Assembly: GCA_033549025.1 (NCBI GenBank)
Contig: JAWSUS010000001.1
Location: 203,685-267,684 of the forward strand
Reading direction: 5' to 3'
DNA length: 64,000 nt
Origin: Desulfuromonadales bacterium
GTDB lineage: Bacteria > Desulfobacterota > Desulfuromonadia > Desulfuromonadales > SZUA-540
Shown: one piece after another, positions 20,606 through 29,062 of the stretch
How the letters are laid out: each line of letters begins with the position of its first letter
How positions within the stretch are numbered: position 1 is the stretch's first letter
The notes under the pieces: model-generated
Database searches by the model: none
What the model was told of the DNA's origin: nothing
What the model saw: only the letters and a program-made list of their open reading frames with translations
Translations under genes and position numbers: made by a program

Positions 20606-22462
20606 TCATTGCAGAGTAAAAGTCCAGACGTCACTTTCGCTGACAGCACCGTGGCTGTCCTCGGTGACGACTTTCCAGTAATACGTCCCCGGCGCCAGAC
20701 CGTCAACCTGATATTTCACGATCTCAACAGGTGTCGGCGTGACGCTTCCCGAACTGCCACCGCCCCCACCTCCGCCACAGGAAACCAGCAACCAACCAGC
20801 CGCCACCAGACATAGCAGCAACGATATCGCGCCATGGCGTCGTTTTGACCACAGGCCCGCGCCCAGCAAGAGTCCGGTCCCCAGTAAAAGGATCGTCGAT
20901 TCAACAAGTGACGTGTCAACGTAAGTATACGGTGAAAATTCAGCATTTTCAGCATAAACAAGGGTTTCTGTCAAAGGGTCGCCATTGGCATCCGTTCCCC
21001 TCGCCCACTCGAACACCACCGAGGAACCGACAAGATCAGCGCCATTTGCCGGGGCGCGAAGCTGGGCGGCGACGGGGGGAACGTTGAGCTGCTTGTAGGC
21101 GGCGAGGGCGTTGACCAGGCCGTAGCCGTAGTAATTATCTGGACCTGCCTCGCCGAGATCCGTTGCCCCGCCTGTCAGGGCCCTTTCCAATTCAGCGGAG
21201 GAAGCGTTGGGAAAAGCATCGAGCAACAAGGCCATGACACCTGCCACATGAGGCGTGGAGAACGAGGTGCCGGAGTAAAGCGCGTACGGAAAAGAAGGGT
21301 CGTTGGTAGAGGTCTCGATATATTCGCCGGGGGCGGTCAGCTCGGGATAGATGGAGCCATCACAGGTCGAAGGCCCGACAGCGCTGAAGGTCGAGACGAC
21401 CAAGGTCTTGCTGACACTTCCCACAGCCACCGACTCCGGGTAATTTGCCGGACTGATGTCACCCGTTTGTTCTGTATTGCCTGCGGCAAAAACCACCGCT
21501 ATCCCAAAAGACTTAAGCGCGCTGACAGCTGGTTGGAAGTCAAGAATACATCTATTGACTTCGTCATCAAAGCCCCAGGAATTATTGACAATATCGGGAG
21601 CGTCATCGGTTGAATCTACCCCGTCAGGGTTAAGCATCCATTGAAAGGCCAGGAGTATCTTGGAGTTATCCGCATTCCCCTCGTCATCGAAAATTTTAGC
21701 TGCAATCCACTGGGCCGCCGGAGCAACACCAATACCGTTGTCACCCAAGATAACACCAGTGACAGCCGTTCCGTGCCCTGAAGCTTCAGGATCTGCGGGA
21801 TACAAGGGGTCATACGGAAGTGTCGTGTTTTTATACGGGTCAAACCAGCCGCCGTTTTCACGCCACTTGGCTGCCAGGGCCGGATGCGTCACATCAACGC
21901 CGCTGTCCATCACGCCCACGACGACACCTTCCCCTTCGTATCCTTTGGCCCACAAATCCGGGACCTTTACGGCGCCCAGGTTATCCCAGGCACTAGTCAT
22001 GGCAATGGCCTGAGGCGCAGGCGAACTCAGGCGAATGACCTCGTCATAGCGGATGGATTCCACCTCGGGCAGTGCGGCGAGGTCTTCTACTTGGGCAGCG
22101 GTCAACTGCACCGCCAGCGCGTTGATAAGCCAGAGGGGACGCTCTCCCGTTACCCTCTGCTGACGGAGATAGCGGATAACGTTCTGCTGGCTGCCGACGG
22201 CGTGGCTCCGGAGATAACGGATGAGTTTGGCGCGGGCGGCGGCCCGCTCTTCACATCGCCTCATCCCGCGCACCGCGAAAGACTCTACCTCCGGCGGCGC
22301 CGCAAATTGGATGATGACCGGAACAACCTCGTCCGCGGCTGTGGATTTCAAAGTACCCTGAAGCCTTTGATCCAGAACCGCTCCGGAGGCGCCGCCGATC
22401 ATGAAGCTCGTCATGAAAAAAAGAAGCAGCAACGCCGGGCCACTGTATTTTTTTAAATTCAT
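20606..22462 (-). CDS. S8 family (subtilisin-like) serine protease, secreted
   Basis: Signal peptide, propeptide, triad motifs MDSGVD / GHGTAVTG / SGTSFSTPHVAG, oxyanion AAGN; C-terminal beta domain with internal hydrophobic segments. Confidence 0.93.
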   Translation of the reverse strand: MNLKKYSGPALLLLFFMTSFMIGGASGAVLDQRLQGTLKSTAADEVVPVIIQFAAPPEVESFAVRGMRRCEERAAARAKLIRYLRSHAVGSQQNVIRYLRQQRVTGERPLWLINALAVQLTAAQVEDLAALPEVESIRYDEVIRLSSPAPQAIAMTSAWDNLGAVKVPDLWAKGYEGEGVVVGVMDSGVDVTHPALAAKWRENGGWFDPYKNTTLPYDPLYPADPEASGHGTAVTGVILGDNGIGVAPAAQWIAAKIFDDEGNADNSKILLAFQWMLNPDGVDSTDDAPDIVNNSWGFDDEVNRCILDFQPAVSALKSFGIAVVFAAGNTEQTGDISPANYPESVAVGSVSKTLVVSTFSAVGPSTCDGSIYPELTAPGEYIETSTNDPSFPYALYSGTSFSTPHVAGVMALLLDAFPNASSAELERALTGGATDLGEAGPDNYYGYGLVNALAAYKQLNVPPVAAQLRAPANGADLVGSSVVFEWARGTDANGDPLTETLVYAENAEFSPYTYVDTSLVESTILLLGTGLLLGAGLWSKRRHGAISLLLCLVAAGWLLVSCGGGGGGGSSGSVTPTPVEIVKYQVDGLAPGTYYWKVVTEDSHGAVSESDVWTFTLQ

Positions 22463-23820
22463 AGAACCCTCGCAAGGAAACCTCTGGTTTCAACCGGGGG
22501 AGGAATTGCGATCCGTCGTGAGACGGAAGGCTTTGGTTGATAGGTGTAGCCGTCAGCCTGATGCACGATCCGGCAGTGCCGGTAAGATATGCCCTGGATC
22601 GTTCCGAAGGCCGTCGCGATATTGAATCTGCCGCTGGTTCTAACGGCGACACGGCCCAAGTGCAGACCGGCTCTTTTGCCGGAGGGAACGACGGCTTTAA
22701 CCTGGTCACCTGTGCGAAACCCCTGCACGAAGCGAGCACTCTTGGCGCTGGTGCGGGGGATGCCGAAGCGATCCATACGGCACATCTGACGGCTGCCCCG
22801 TCCCGTGGCGGTGATGGATAAAGGGGCCTGGTCGGGTTTCAGTCGCACGGTATCTCCAGACTCACCCACACATGCCGCGTCAATCCAGTGGGCCTTGGGA
22901 TAGTGCAGCCCAGTGCGGTTGTACTTGGTCCGACCGCCAGACCAGAAAGAGACGGGTAGCCCCAGCGTTTTAACCGCATGGCCGATGGCGTAGCGGGTGG
23001 CGTTGACGGCAGCGGAATCATTGAGCGGTCGCTTTAATTGACCAAGGATCTTTTGGAGCTGTTCCGGCCGGTCAGCCAGAAATTCCTGCACGGGCCGATT
23101 GCCTTTGCGTTCGTTGCAGTCCCGACACGACAGGGTAAGATTACTGATCCGGTTGGAGCCGCCTTTGCTTCTGGGAACGACATGCTCGATCTCCAGCGGC
23201 ACATTCTCGTCCCCACAATAAACACAGCGTCGCTGCCATTTTTCCAACAGATACTCGCGAACCTCGTAACCAAATAGCGTCCCTTGCTGGTATTCCACGC
23301 CACTAATCTCCGGGTTCTCGGCTTTCTGCAAATCAAACCTCACCGTTTCGACCGCAACGCTGGTGATCGGGCAGAGTCGTTGCAGCCGCTTTGCCAGCGT
23401 CAGGACGTTGTTGACTCTGGACTGCAGTGACGGTGGCAACCAGCCTTGTGGCCGAGTCCGGTTATCGAACCGGGGCGCACGGTAGCGGGTCTTGCGATGA
23501 CGCCGTGAACGCCGGATCGCCCGACGGCTTTCGAGGGCTTTTTTGATGGCTGCGCCTCGGTGGTGCAGTTCCGCGCACCAGAGAACGGTATTGGCGGAGT
23601 CGTGGTTGCCTACGAGGGCAACACCGGTGGTCTTGCTGCCCGGATCGAGCTTGAGTTCGACCGATTGCACATCCCCGCCGGTGCGGTGCTTCAAAACAAT
23701 AGTGAACGGGTAGCGGCGATACACCGCCGCCTTTCCGTTTCGCAGGAGCATTCTGGCCCGTGCCGGCGAGCAAGGGGAAAGGGGTTGTTTGGTATTGTCG
23801 AGTACAAAGACTCTCTGCAT
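22459..23820 (-). CDS. iscB: RNA-guided endonuclease IscB (453 aa)
   Basis: PLMP-type start MQRVFVLD..PLSPC; RuvC-I LKLDPGSKTTG; Arg-rich bridge RRAIRRSRRHRKTRYR; RuvC-II VETVRFD; HNH CVYCG..EIEHVVPRSKGGSNRISNL..CRDCN; RuvC-III HWIDAAC. Confidence 0.96.
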   Translation of the reverse strand: MQRVFVLDNTKQPLSPCSPARARMLLRNGKAAVYRRYPFTIVLKHRTGGDVQSVELKLDPGSKTTGVALVGNHDSANTVLWCAELHHRGAAIKKALESRRAIRRSRRHRKTRYRAPRFDNRTRPQGWLPPSLQSRVNNVLTLAKRLQRLCPITSVAVETVRFDLQKAENPEISGVEYQQGTLFGYEVREYLLEKWQRRCVYCGDENVPLEIEHVVPRSKGGSNRISNLTLSCRDCNERKGNRPVQEFLADRPEQLQKILGQLKRPLNDSAAVNATRYAIGHAVKTLGLPVSFWSGGRTKYNRTGLHYPKAHWIDAACVGESGDTVRLKPDQAPLSITATGRGSRQMCRMDRFGIPRTSAKSARFVQGFRTGDQVKAVVPSGKRAGLHLGRVAVRTSGRFNIATAFGTIQGISYRHCRIVHQADGYTYQPKPSVSRRIAIPPPVETRGFLARVL

Positions 23821-24097
23821 CGTTGTACCTTTTAAGTACCGGGTTACCCCGGCTTTCTCGCCTTGCGGCGGTAAAGTCTCCCTCGGCAAGGTTGTGAAAC
23901 GGTTTAACGTAGACGGCACCGACGCTTTACCCAGAACGTCTTTTAACCGGCTACCGCAGAGCCTGGAACTGGGAGGGCATTCCAGGGTGCCTATTTCGTT
24001 TCCAACGTAGCCCGTCAGCGATCTCTCGCTGGTGGCTGTGCCCGGTCAATCCAGACTTGTTGCTACAAGCCTCTGACTTCAGTCAGGGGTGATTGAC
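22463..24097. mobile_element. Non-autonomous IS200/IS605-superfamily element carrying iscB and omega RNA (ISC/OMEGA)
   Basis: Left flank TTCAT (22458-22462). Left hairpin GAAA-CCTCTGGT-TTCA-ACCGGGGG (22477-22500); right hairpin CAAG-CCTCTGAC-TTCA-GTCAGGGG (24066-24089); terminal TGAC at 24094-24097. No terminal inverted repeats, no target duplication, no tnpA. Confidence 0.9.
23830..24097 (-). ncRNA. HEARO / omega RNA scaffold of IscB (guide would extend 5' into the flank)
   Basis: GTCAATC pairs with GATTGAC; hairpins CCCTGAC-TGAA-GTCAGAG, CTTGT-AGCA-ACAAG, CAGCGA-GAGA-TCGCTG; GGCTACGTT motif; CCTGGAA/TTCCAGG stem whose CTCCC loop can pseudoknot with downstream GGGAG; GNRA hairpins CGCC-GCAA-GGCG and CCGGG-GTAA-CCCGG. 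3' end approximate. Confidence 0.9.
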
Positions 24098-24628
24098 CGT
24101 CTGTGACCTCGCTGTTTACGGATTACTATACATTCTACTGCACTGTGCTCTCCAAGAACAGCCATCAAAATCATCTGACCAGGCGATACGGGACATCCGC
24201 TTTGCGATTTAACCGGATTGTTTCCAGCAGTTCGGGCAATTGACCAGTCGTTGGCTCATTCGAATGGCCTTCTTCACCTTCTGAAAAAGTCCGAGCAACC
24301 TCAATACTTTCTCACCCGTTGGGGCATTTCCCCTATGGCCTTTCAGCCAAACGGCAGACAGTTCCTAACCGCCGTCAGAAAAATCATCCTAAAAACCTCA
24401 ACAAAGATCTGTTAAAATAGACCCTGCCTTAAAAAGTTCGCGAATCCCCCCATTTCGACCTAGGGCAAACCCCCTTACCTGAGCATGTGGTCGATCAGCT
24501 AGGCAACCGTGCCTGACAACCCCGCCGAAAGAGCAGATCACCCTTGGTGCAGCTCTTGCAAACAAGCCTTTCGGCGCTATTATTTCAGGGTCATGCCCCT
24601 TTTTTAATGTAAGTATATTGGCGACATC

Positions 24629-25837
24629 ATGGGCACTTTTCGATGCAAAATAGGGACCGCTGACGGGCGGATCCTGGAAAAAGACCTGGATGCCGCCAGC
24701 AAGGGGATCCTGAAGGAGAGCCTTGAGGATCAGGGCTTCCATGTCTTTCGCATCCAAAGACGCGGGCTGCCCCTCTCAGGGGCCCTCAGCGGTCAGCAAG
24801 GGCGTCTGAGCAGCAGCCGCTTTCTCTCTTTCAATCAGGAATTCCTGGTTCTGCTGCGGGCCGGGCTGCCCATCCTGCAGGTACTGGACACCATCATGGA
24901 GCGGATGGAGTCAGGGCGCCTGCTGGAAATCCTGCGGGAAATCCGCGAGGATGTCAAAGGAGGCAGCTCCATCAGCGAGGCCTTCAACAGATTTCCCACC
25001 GTCTTTCCTTCCCTTTATATCGCCTCCATCCGGGCGGGGGAACGCACGGGTGAACTCCCCGTGGCCATCGAGCGTTTTATCGCCTACCAGAAACGGGTGG
25101 AGGCCATCAAAAGCAAGGTTCGCAACGCTTCTTTCTACCCGATCCTGCTATCGACGGCGGTGATTGCCGTGGTCCTTTTTCTCATGCTGTTCGTCATCCC
25201 CCGTTTCACGCAGGTCTACGCTGATGCCCAGGTAGAGCTGCCCCTGATGACCCGTTTTCTCATCACCGTCTCTCAGGGCATGGGAAAGGCAGCACCCCTG
25301 CTGGTGCCGCTTGTCATCCTGCTGGCTTTCATGGCCCGGGGATTTCTGCGCACCGAAAAGGGATATTGGCTGCGCGACAGGCTCAAACTGGTTCTTCCCT
25401 TTTTCGGTCAGCTTTTTAAAGACTATGCCCTGCTCAGTTTCTGCCGCACACTCGGCACCACCCTGGCCAGCGGCATCCCGGTGGTGCAGGCGATGCAGAT
25501 GTCCCGTGGCACCCTGAATAACCGCCTGCTGGAAGAGCGGCTGAGCCTGGCTGTCCGCCGGGTCCAGGAAGGCACCTCGCTGTCGGAAGCCCTGGAGGAG
25601 ACCGGTTTCTTTCCCAAACTGGCTCTGCGCATGATCGGCGTGGGCGAAACAGGCGGTTCTCTTTCTTCCATGCTGGAGGATGTCGCCATGTATTACGAGG
25701 GCGAGGTGGAAAAGAGGCTCGACCGTCTGACCACCCTCATCGAACCGGCGATGATGATGACCATAGGCCTGCTGATTGGGGCTATCGTCGTCGCCATGTA
25801 CCTGCCCATTTTCCAGCTTGCCGGCACGGCCGGCTGA
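24629..25837 (+). CDS. gspF: Type II secretion inner-membrane platform protein F
   Basis: LLRAGLPILQ.L..GERTGEL..YP; VGETGGSL..LIEP..MYLPIF. Confidence 0.93.
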   Translation: MGTFRCKIGTADGRILEKDLDAASKGILKESLEDQGFHVFRIQRRGLPLSGALSGQQGRLSSSRFLSFNQEFLVLLRAGLPILQVLDTIMERMESGRLLEILREIREDVKGGSSISEAFNRFPTVFPSLYIASIRAGERTGELPVAIERFIAYQKRVEAIKSKVRNASFYPILLSTAVIAVVLFLMLFVIPRFTQVYADAQVELPLMTRFLITVSQGMGKAAPLLVPLVILLAFMARGFLRTEKGYWLRDRLKLVLPFFGQLFKDYALLSFCRTLGTTLASGIPVVQAMQMSRGTLNNRLLEERLSLAVRRVQEGTSLSEALEETGFFPKLALRMIGVGETGGSLSSMLEDVAMYYEGEVEKRLDRLTTLIEPAMMMTIGLLIGAIVVAMYLPIFQLAGTAG

Positions 25838-25856
25838 CGATATCGGGAGTTCGCGG

Positions 25857-27590
25857 ATGAATTTTGAGCGCAAAAAGATCGGGGAAATCCTGGTGGAGAT
25901 GGGGAACCTCACTCCTTCAGAGGTTAATCTGATCCTCGAGGAGAAGGGCGACAGCTACCGGCGTTTCGGCGAAACGGCCATCGCCAAAGGGATGCTCAAA
26001 GAGGACATTCTCGCCCAGGCTCTGGCCCGCCAGTTCCGCATGGAGTATCTTGATCCCGATTCGTTCAGCCTGGATGCGCAGCTCTATGCCGCCATTCCCA
26101 CCGGCCTGCCCGCCCGCTTCAATTTTCTTCCGATACGGCAACAGGGGGATGCCCTGGTGGTGGCCGTGGGCGACCCCACGGACGTAGCGGCTCTGGACAA
26201 TCTCGAGGTTATTCTCGGGCGTCCGCTCATACTGCAGGTGGCGCCGGCCGAAAGAATCCATCTTTTTCTCGAGCGCGCGGACGGGGGCTCCAAGCATGTC
26301 CTCAAGGAGGTGTCGGAAGACTTCAAGCTGCAGCTGGTAAAGGAGACGGACAAGGGGGAGGAAGTGCTCTCCATCGAGAAGCTGACGGCGGACACCAGCC
26401 CCATCATTCGCCTGATCGACTCGACCCTCTACGACGCCCTGGGCAAACGGGCCAGCGACATTCACATTGAGGCCAGCCACGAAGGGGTGATCATCAAATA
26501 CCGCGTCGACGGCGTGCTCTACCGCGCCACCGAGCCTCTCGACGGCCGTTTCCAGAGCCCGATCATCTCCCGCATCAAGGTCATGAGCGAACTCGACATC
26601 TCCGAGCGCCGCGTCCCCCAGGACGGCCGCTTCAAGGTGCGTCTGGGCGGCAAGTCCATCGATTTCCGTGTCTCCATCATGCCCAGCAGCTTTGGCGAGG
26701 ACGCCGTCATCCGTATTCTCGACAAAGAGGCCATCGCCTCCGACCTCAAGGGGCTGACGCTGGAGGCCCTGGGCATCAGCCCGCGAGAGATAGAACGTCT
26801 GCGCCGCATGATCCGCGAGCCCTACGGCATGGTGCTAGTCACGGGGCCGACGGGCAGCGGCAAAACGACCACCCTCTATGCCGCCCTGTCTGAAATCAAC
26901 AACGATCAGGAGAAGATCATCACCATCGAGGATCCGGTGGAATACCAGGTCTCCGGTGTGGTGCAGATCCCCGTCAACGAGAAGAAGGGGCTGACCTTTG
27001 CCCGCGGCCTGCGCTCCATCCTGCGCCACGACCCCGACAAGATCATGGTGGGCGAAATCCGCGACCCGGAGACGGCCCAGATCGCCGTGCAGTCGGCACT
27101 GACGGGACATCTGGTTTTCACCACAGTGCATGCCAATAACGTCTTCGACGTACTCGGCCGTTTTCTGCACATGGGTATCGATCCCTACAACTTCGTCTCC
27201 TGTCTCAACTGCGTCGCCGCCCAGCGCCTGGTGCGACGCATCTGCCCCAAATGCAAAAAACCCGTGCACTATGATCGTCAAACCCTTGAGCAGTCGGGCC
27301 TGAGCTTTGAGCAGTACGGCGATTTCACCTTCTACGAAGGAGCCGGCTGCGAAGACTGTCACGGCATGGGCTACAAAGGGCGCAGCGCCATTGTCGAACT
27401 GCTCGATCTCAACGATGAACTGCGGGAGCTGATCGTCCAGAAAGCCCCGGTCACCCAGCTGAAGAAGGCCGCCAGAGAGGCGGGCACCATCTTCCTGCGG
27501 GAAGCGGCGCTGGAAAAAGTCTTTGCCGGCCTGACCAGTCTGGCGGAAATCAACCGGGTAACCTTTATCGAACAGGTGGAGCCATCGTGA
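25857..27590 (+). CDS. gspE: Type II secretion ATPase E (PulE/PilB family)
   Basis: ASDIHIE, PQDGR, GPTGSGKTTT, TIEDPVE, LRHDPD.IMVGEIRD, Cys pairs CPKC/CEDC. Confidence 0.95.
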   Translation: MNFERKKIGEILVEMGNLTPSEVNLILEEKGDSYRRFGETAIAKGMLKEDILAQALARQFRMEYLDPDSFSLDAQLYAAIPTGLPARFNFLPIRQQGDALVVAVGDPTDVAALDNLEVILGRPLILQVAPAERIHLFLERADGGSKHVLKEVSEDFKLQLVKETDKGEEVLSIEKLTADTSPIIRLIDSTLYDALGKRASDIHIEASHEGVIIKYRVDGVLYRATEPLDGRFQSPIISRIKVMSELDISERRVPQDGRFKVRLGGKSIDFRVSIMPSSFGEDAVIRILDKEAIASDLKGLTLEALGISPREIERLRRMIREPYGMVLVTGPTGSGKTTTLYAALSEINNDQEKIITIEDPVEYQVSGVVQIPVNEKKGLTFARGLRSILRHDPDKIMVGEIRDPETAQIAVQSALTGHLVFTTVHANNVFDVLGRFLHMGIDPYNFVSCLNCVAAQRLVRRICPKCKKPVHYDRQTLEQSGLSFEQYGDFTFYEGAGCEDCHGMGYKGRSAIVELLDLNDELRELIVQKAPVTQLKKAAREAGTIFLREAALEKVFAGLTSLAEINRVTFIEQVEPS

Positions 27591-28492
27591 TTCGACGCAC
27601 CTATCTGGGACTGGACCTGCATGCCGGCCAAATCGCCGCCGTCGCCCTGCGTCGCCAGGGCAAAGGCTCCCTGTTGACGGGATCGGCCACCTCCCCCTTG
27701 CCCATGGACATCCTGAAGCCGTCCCTGCGCGATCCCAACATTCTCGACCCTGGGGCCTTTCAGAATAAAATCCGCCAGGCTCTGGGGCCATTGGCCGGGC
27801 GGGAGGACCGCATCGCCCTGTCTCTGCCTGAAGGATCGGGAAGGCTGCTGCTGACGGACACGGATACGGCTTTTGCCTCCCACGAAGAAGGGCGTGACAT
27901 CCTGCGCTGGCAGCTTAAAGCCCAGTTTCCCGCCGACCCCAAAGAAATTCAGCTGGACTACCAGGTGGTTGGAAAAACCGAGGGCGGGCGATACCGGCTG
28001 GCCGTTGCCTTTGCGACCCAAAGGGTCCTGAGTCAGTATGAAGAAGTCCTGTCACAGATCGGCTTCAATCCGGCCCATATCGATTTTCACACCCTGAACC
28101 TCTACAACTACTACCGGCCTCGCATCGATCTGGGGGAAGATTTTTTTCTCGTCGCCATCGAAGAAAATTCCTTGAGCCTGCAGTTTTTCCAGGGGCACCA
28201 CCTCGGTTTCCATCGCAGCCGCGACATCGAACCTTCCACCGAAGCCCTCTTTCAGGAACTGCTCAGAACCCTGGTCGGCTGCGCCAAAGATTTCCCCAAA
28301 TCCAGCCGGGCTGCCGTTTATCTGCACACCAACTGGCCGAACCGGGATGAGTTGTCCGACCCTCTCCGCTCAGCCTTTGGGCGCGAGCCGATACATCTCG
28401 ATCCCCATATCGATCGCATGGGTTCCGTTTCGGCCCTCATCCGCCCCCAAGATCTGGCCGCCGCTATCGGCGCGGCCGAACGTATGATGTGA
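27587..28492 (+). CDS. PilM/GspL-like cytoplasmic assembly protein
   Basis: YLGLDL start, LDYQ, C-terminal AAAIGAA; position in the F-E-M-N-O-P-D operon. Confidence 0.75.
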   Translation: MIRRTYLGLDLHAGQIAAVALRRQGKGSLLTGSATSPLPMDILKPSLRDPNILDPGAFQNKIRQALGPLAGREDRIALSLPEGSGRLLLTDTDTAFASHEEGRDILRWQLKAQFPADPKEIQLDYQVVGKTEGGRYRLAVAFATQRVLSQYEEVLSQIGFNPAHIDFHTLNLYNYYRPRIDLGEDFFLVAIEENSLSLQFFQGHHLGFHRSRDIEPSTEALFQELLRTLVGCAKDFPKSSRAAVYLHTNWPNRDELSDPLRSAFGREPIHLDPHIDRMGSVSALIRPQDLAAAIGAAERMM

Positions 28493-28500
28493 GGCTTTTG

Positions 28501-29061
28501 ATGAAACCACAAATCAATCTCGCCAGCCGTTCTTATATCAATCGCCGGGGCCTTAATGCGCTGTACGCCGTACTCACGGTTCTCTTTCTTCTCCTGCTGA
28601 TTCTCAGCGGGCGCACTCTATTTTCGCTGCAGGCAAGACAGAGCCAGACCGAAACACACCTGGCCGAAGTCAGACAGACCCTGGGTTACCTGAAAAACGA
28701 TAAAAACGCCAAGCAGACCACCAGCGAGCTGGCGGCTCTGCGACAGGAAATCGCCTGGGCCAACGCCATACTGCTGCAGGATAGTTTCCGGTGGACCGCC
28801 CTGCTCGGCCACCTGGAAGAAGTCATCACGGAGACCACCCGCATCCGGGCGATTCAGCCCCAATTCAAGGAAGGGTCTCTCAAAATCAGCGGCGTGGCAA
28901 AGAACGTGACGGCTCTGCAGGATTTTCTCGATCGGATCGTCGCCTCGCCCCATTTTACCAGCGTCTATCTCTTCAGTCAGAGTCGGGTGGAAATCAAGGA
29001 TGCCGGCGGGCGCCCCCGCGAGGCGTTGAATTTTTCTCTCGAACTCAAGGGGGCCTTCTGA
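28501..29061 (+). CDS. PilN-domain protein
   Basis: INLASR N-terminus, single TM, coiled coil, LKISGVA. Confidence 0.8.
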   Translation: MKPQINLASRSYINRRGLNALYAVLTVLFLLLLILSGRTLFSLQARQSQTETHLAEVRQTLGYLKNDKNAKQTTSELAALRQEIAWANAILLQDSFRWTALLGHLEEVITETTRIRAIQPQFKEGSLKISGVAKNVTALQDFLDRIVASPHFTSVYLFSQSRVEIKDAGGRPREALNFSLELKGAF

Positions 29062-29062
29062 T

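Noticed and set aside
20745..20776. Poly-Gly (and poly-Pro near 29930) tracts as phase-variable repeats
   Set aside because: Mixed codons, so these are protein linkers rather than slippage tracts.
23821..23919. 33-aa N-terminal extension of IscB in the ORF track
   Set aside because: It overlaps the omega RNA hairpins; the family-typical start MQRVFVLD follows an AAGG RBS at 23820.
24218..24415. 65-aa ORF in the intergenic region
   Set aside because: TTG start, no clear RBS, no motif.
24455..24580. Cyclic-dinucleotide (GEMM) riboswitch before gspF, prompted by AGGGCAAACC
   Set aside because: No following GAAA-capped stem and no GACGCAAA element on either strand; a covariance search would settle it.
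22459..24628. Cas9 or CRISPR array interpretation
   Set aside because: The protein is far too short, has a PLMP-type start, and no cas1/cas2 or repeat-spacer array is visible.
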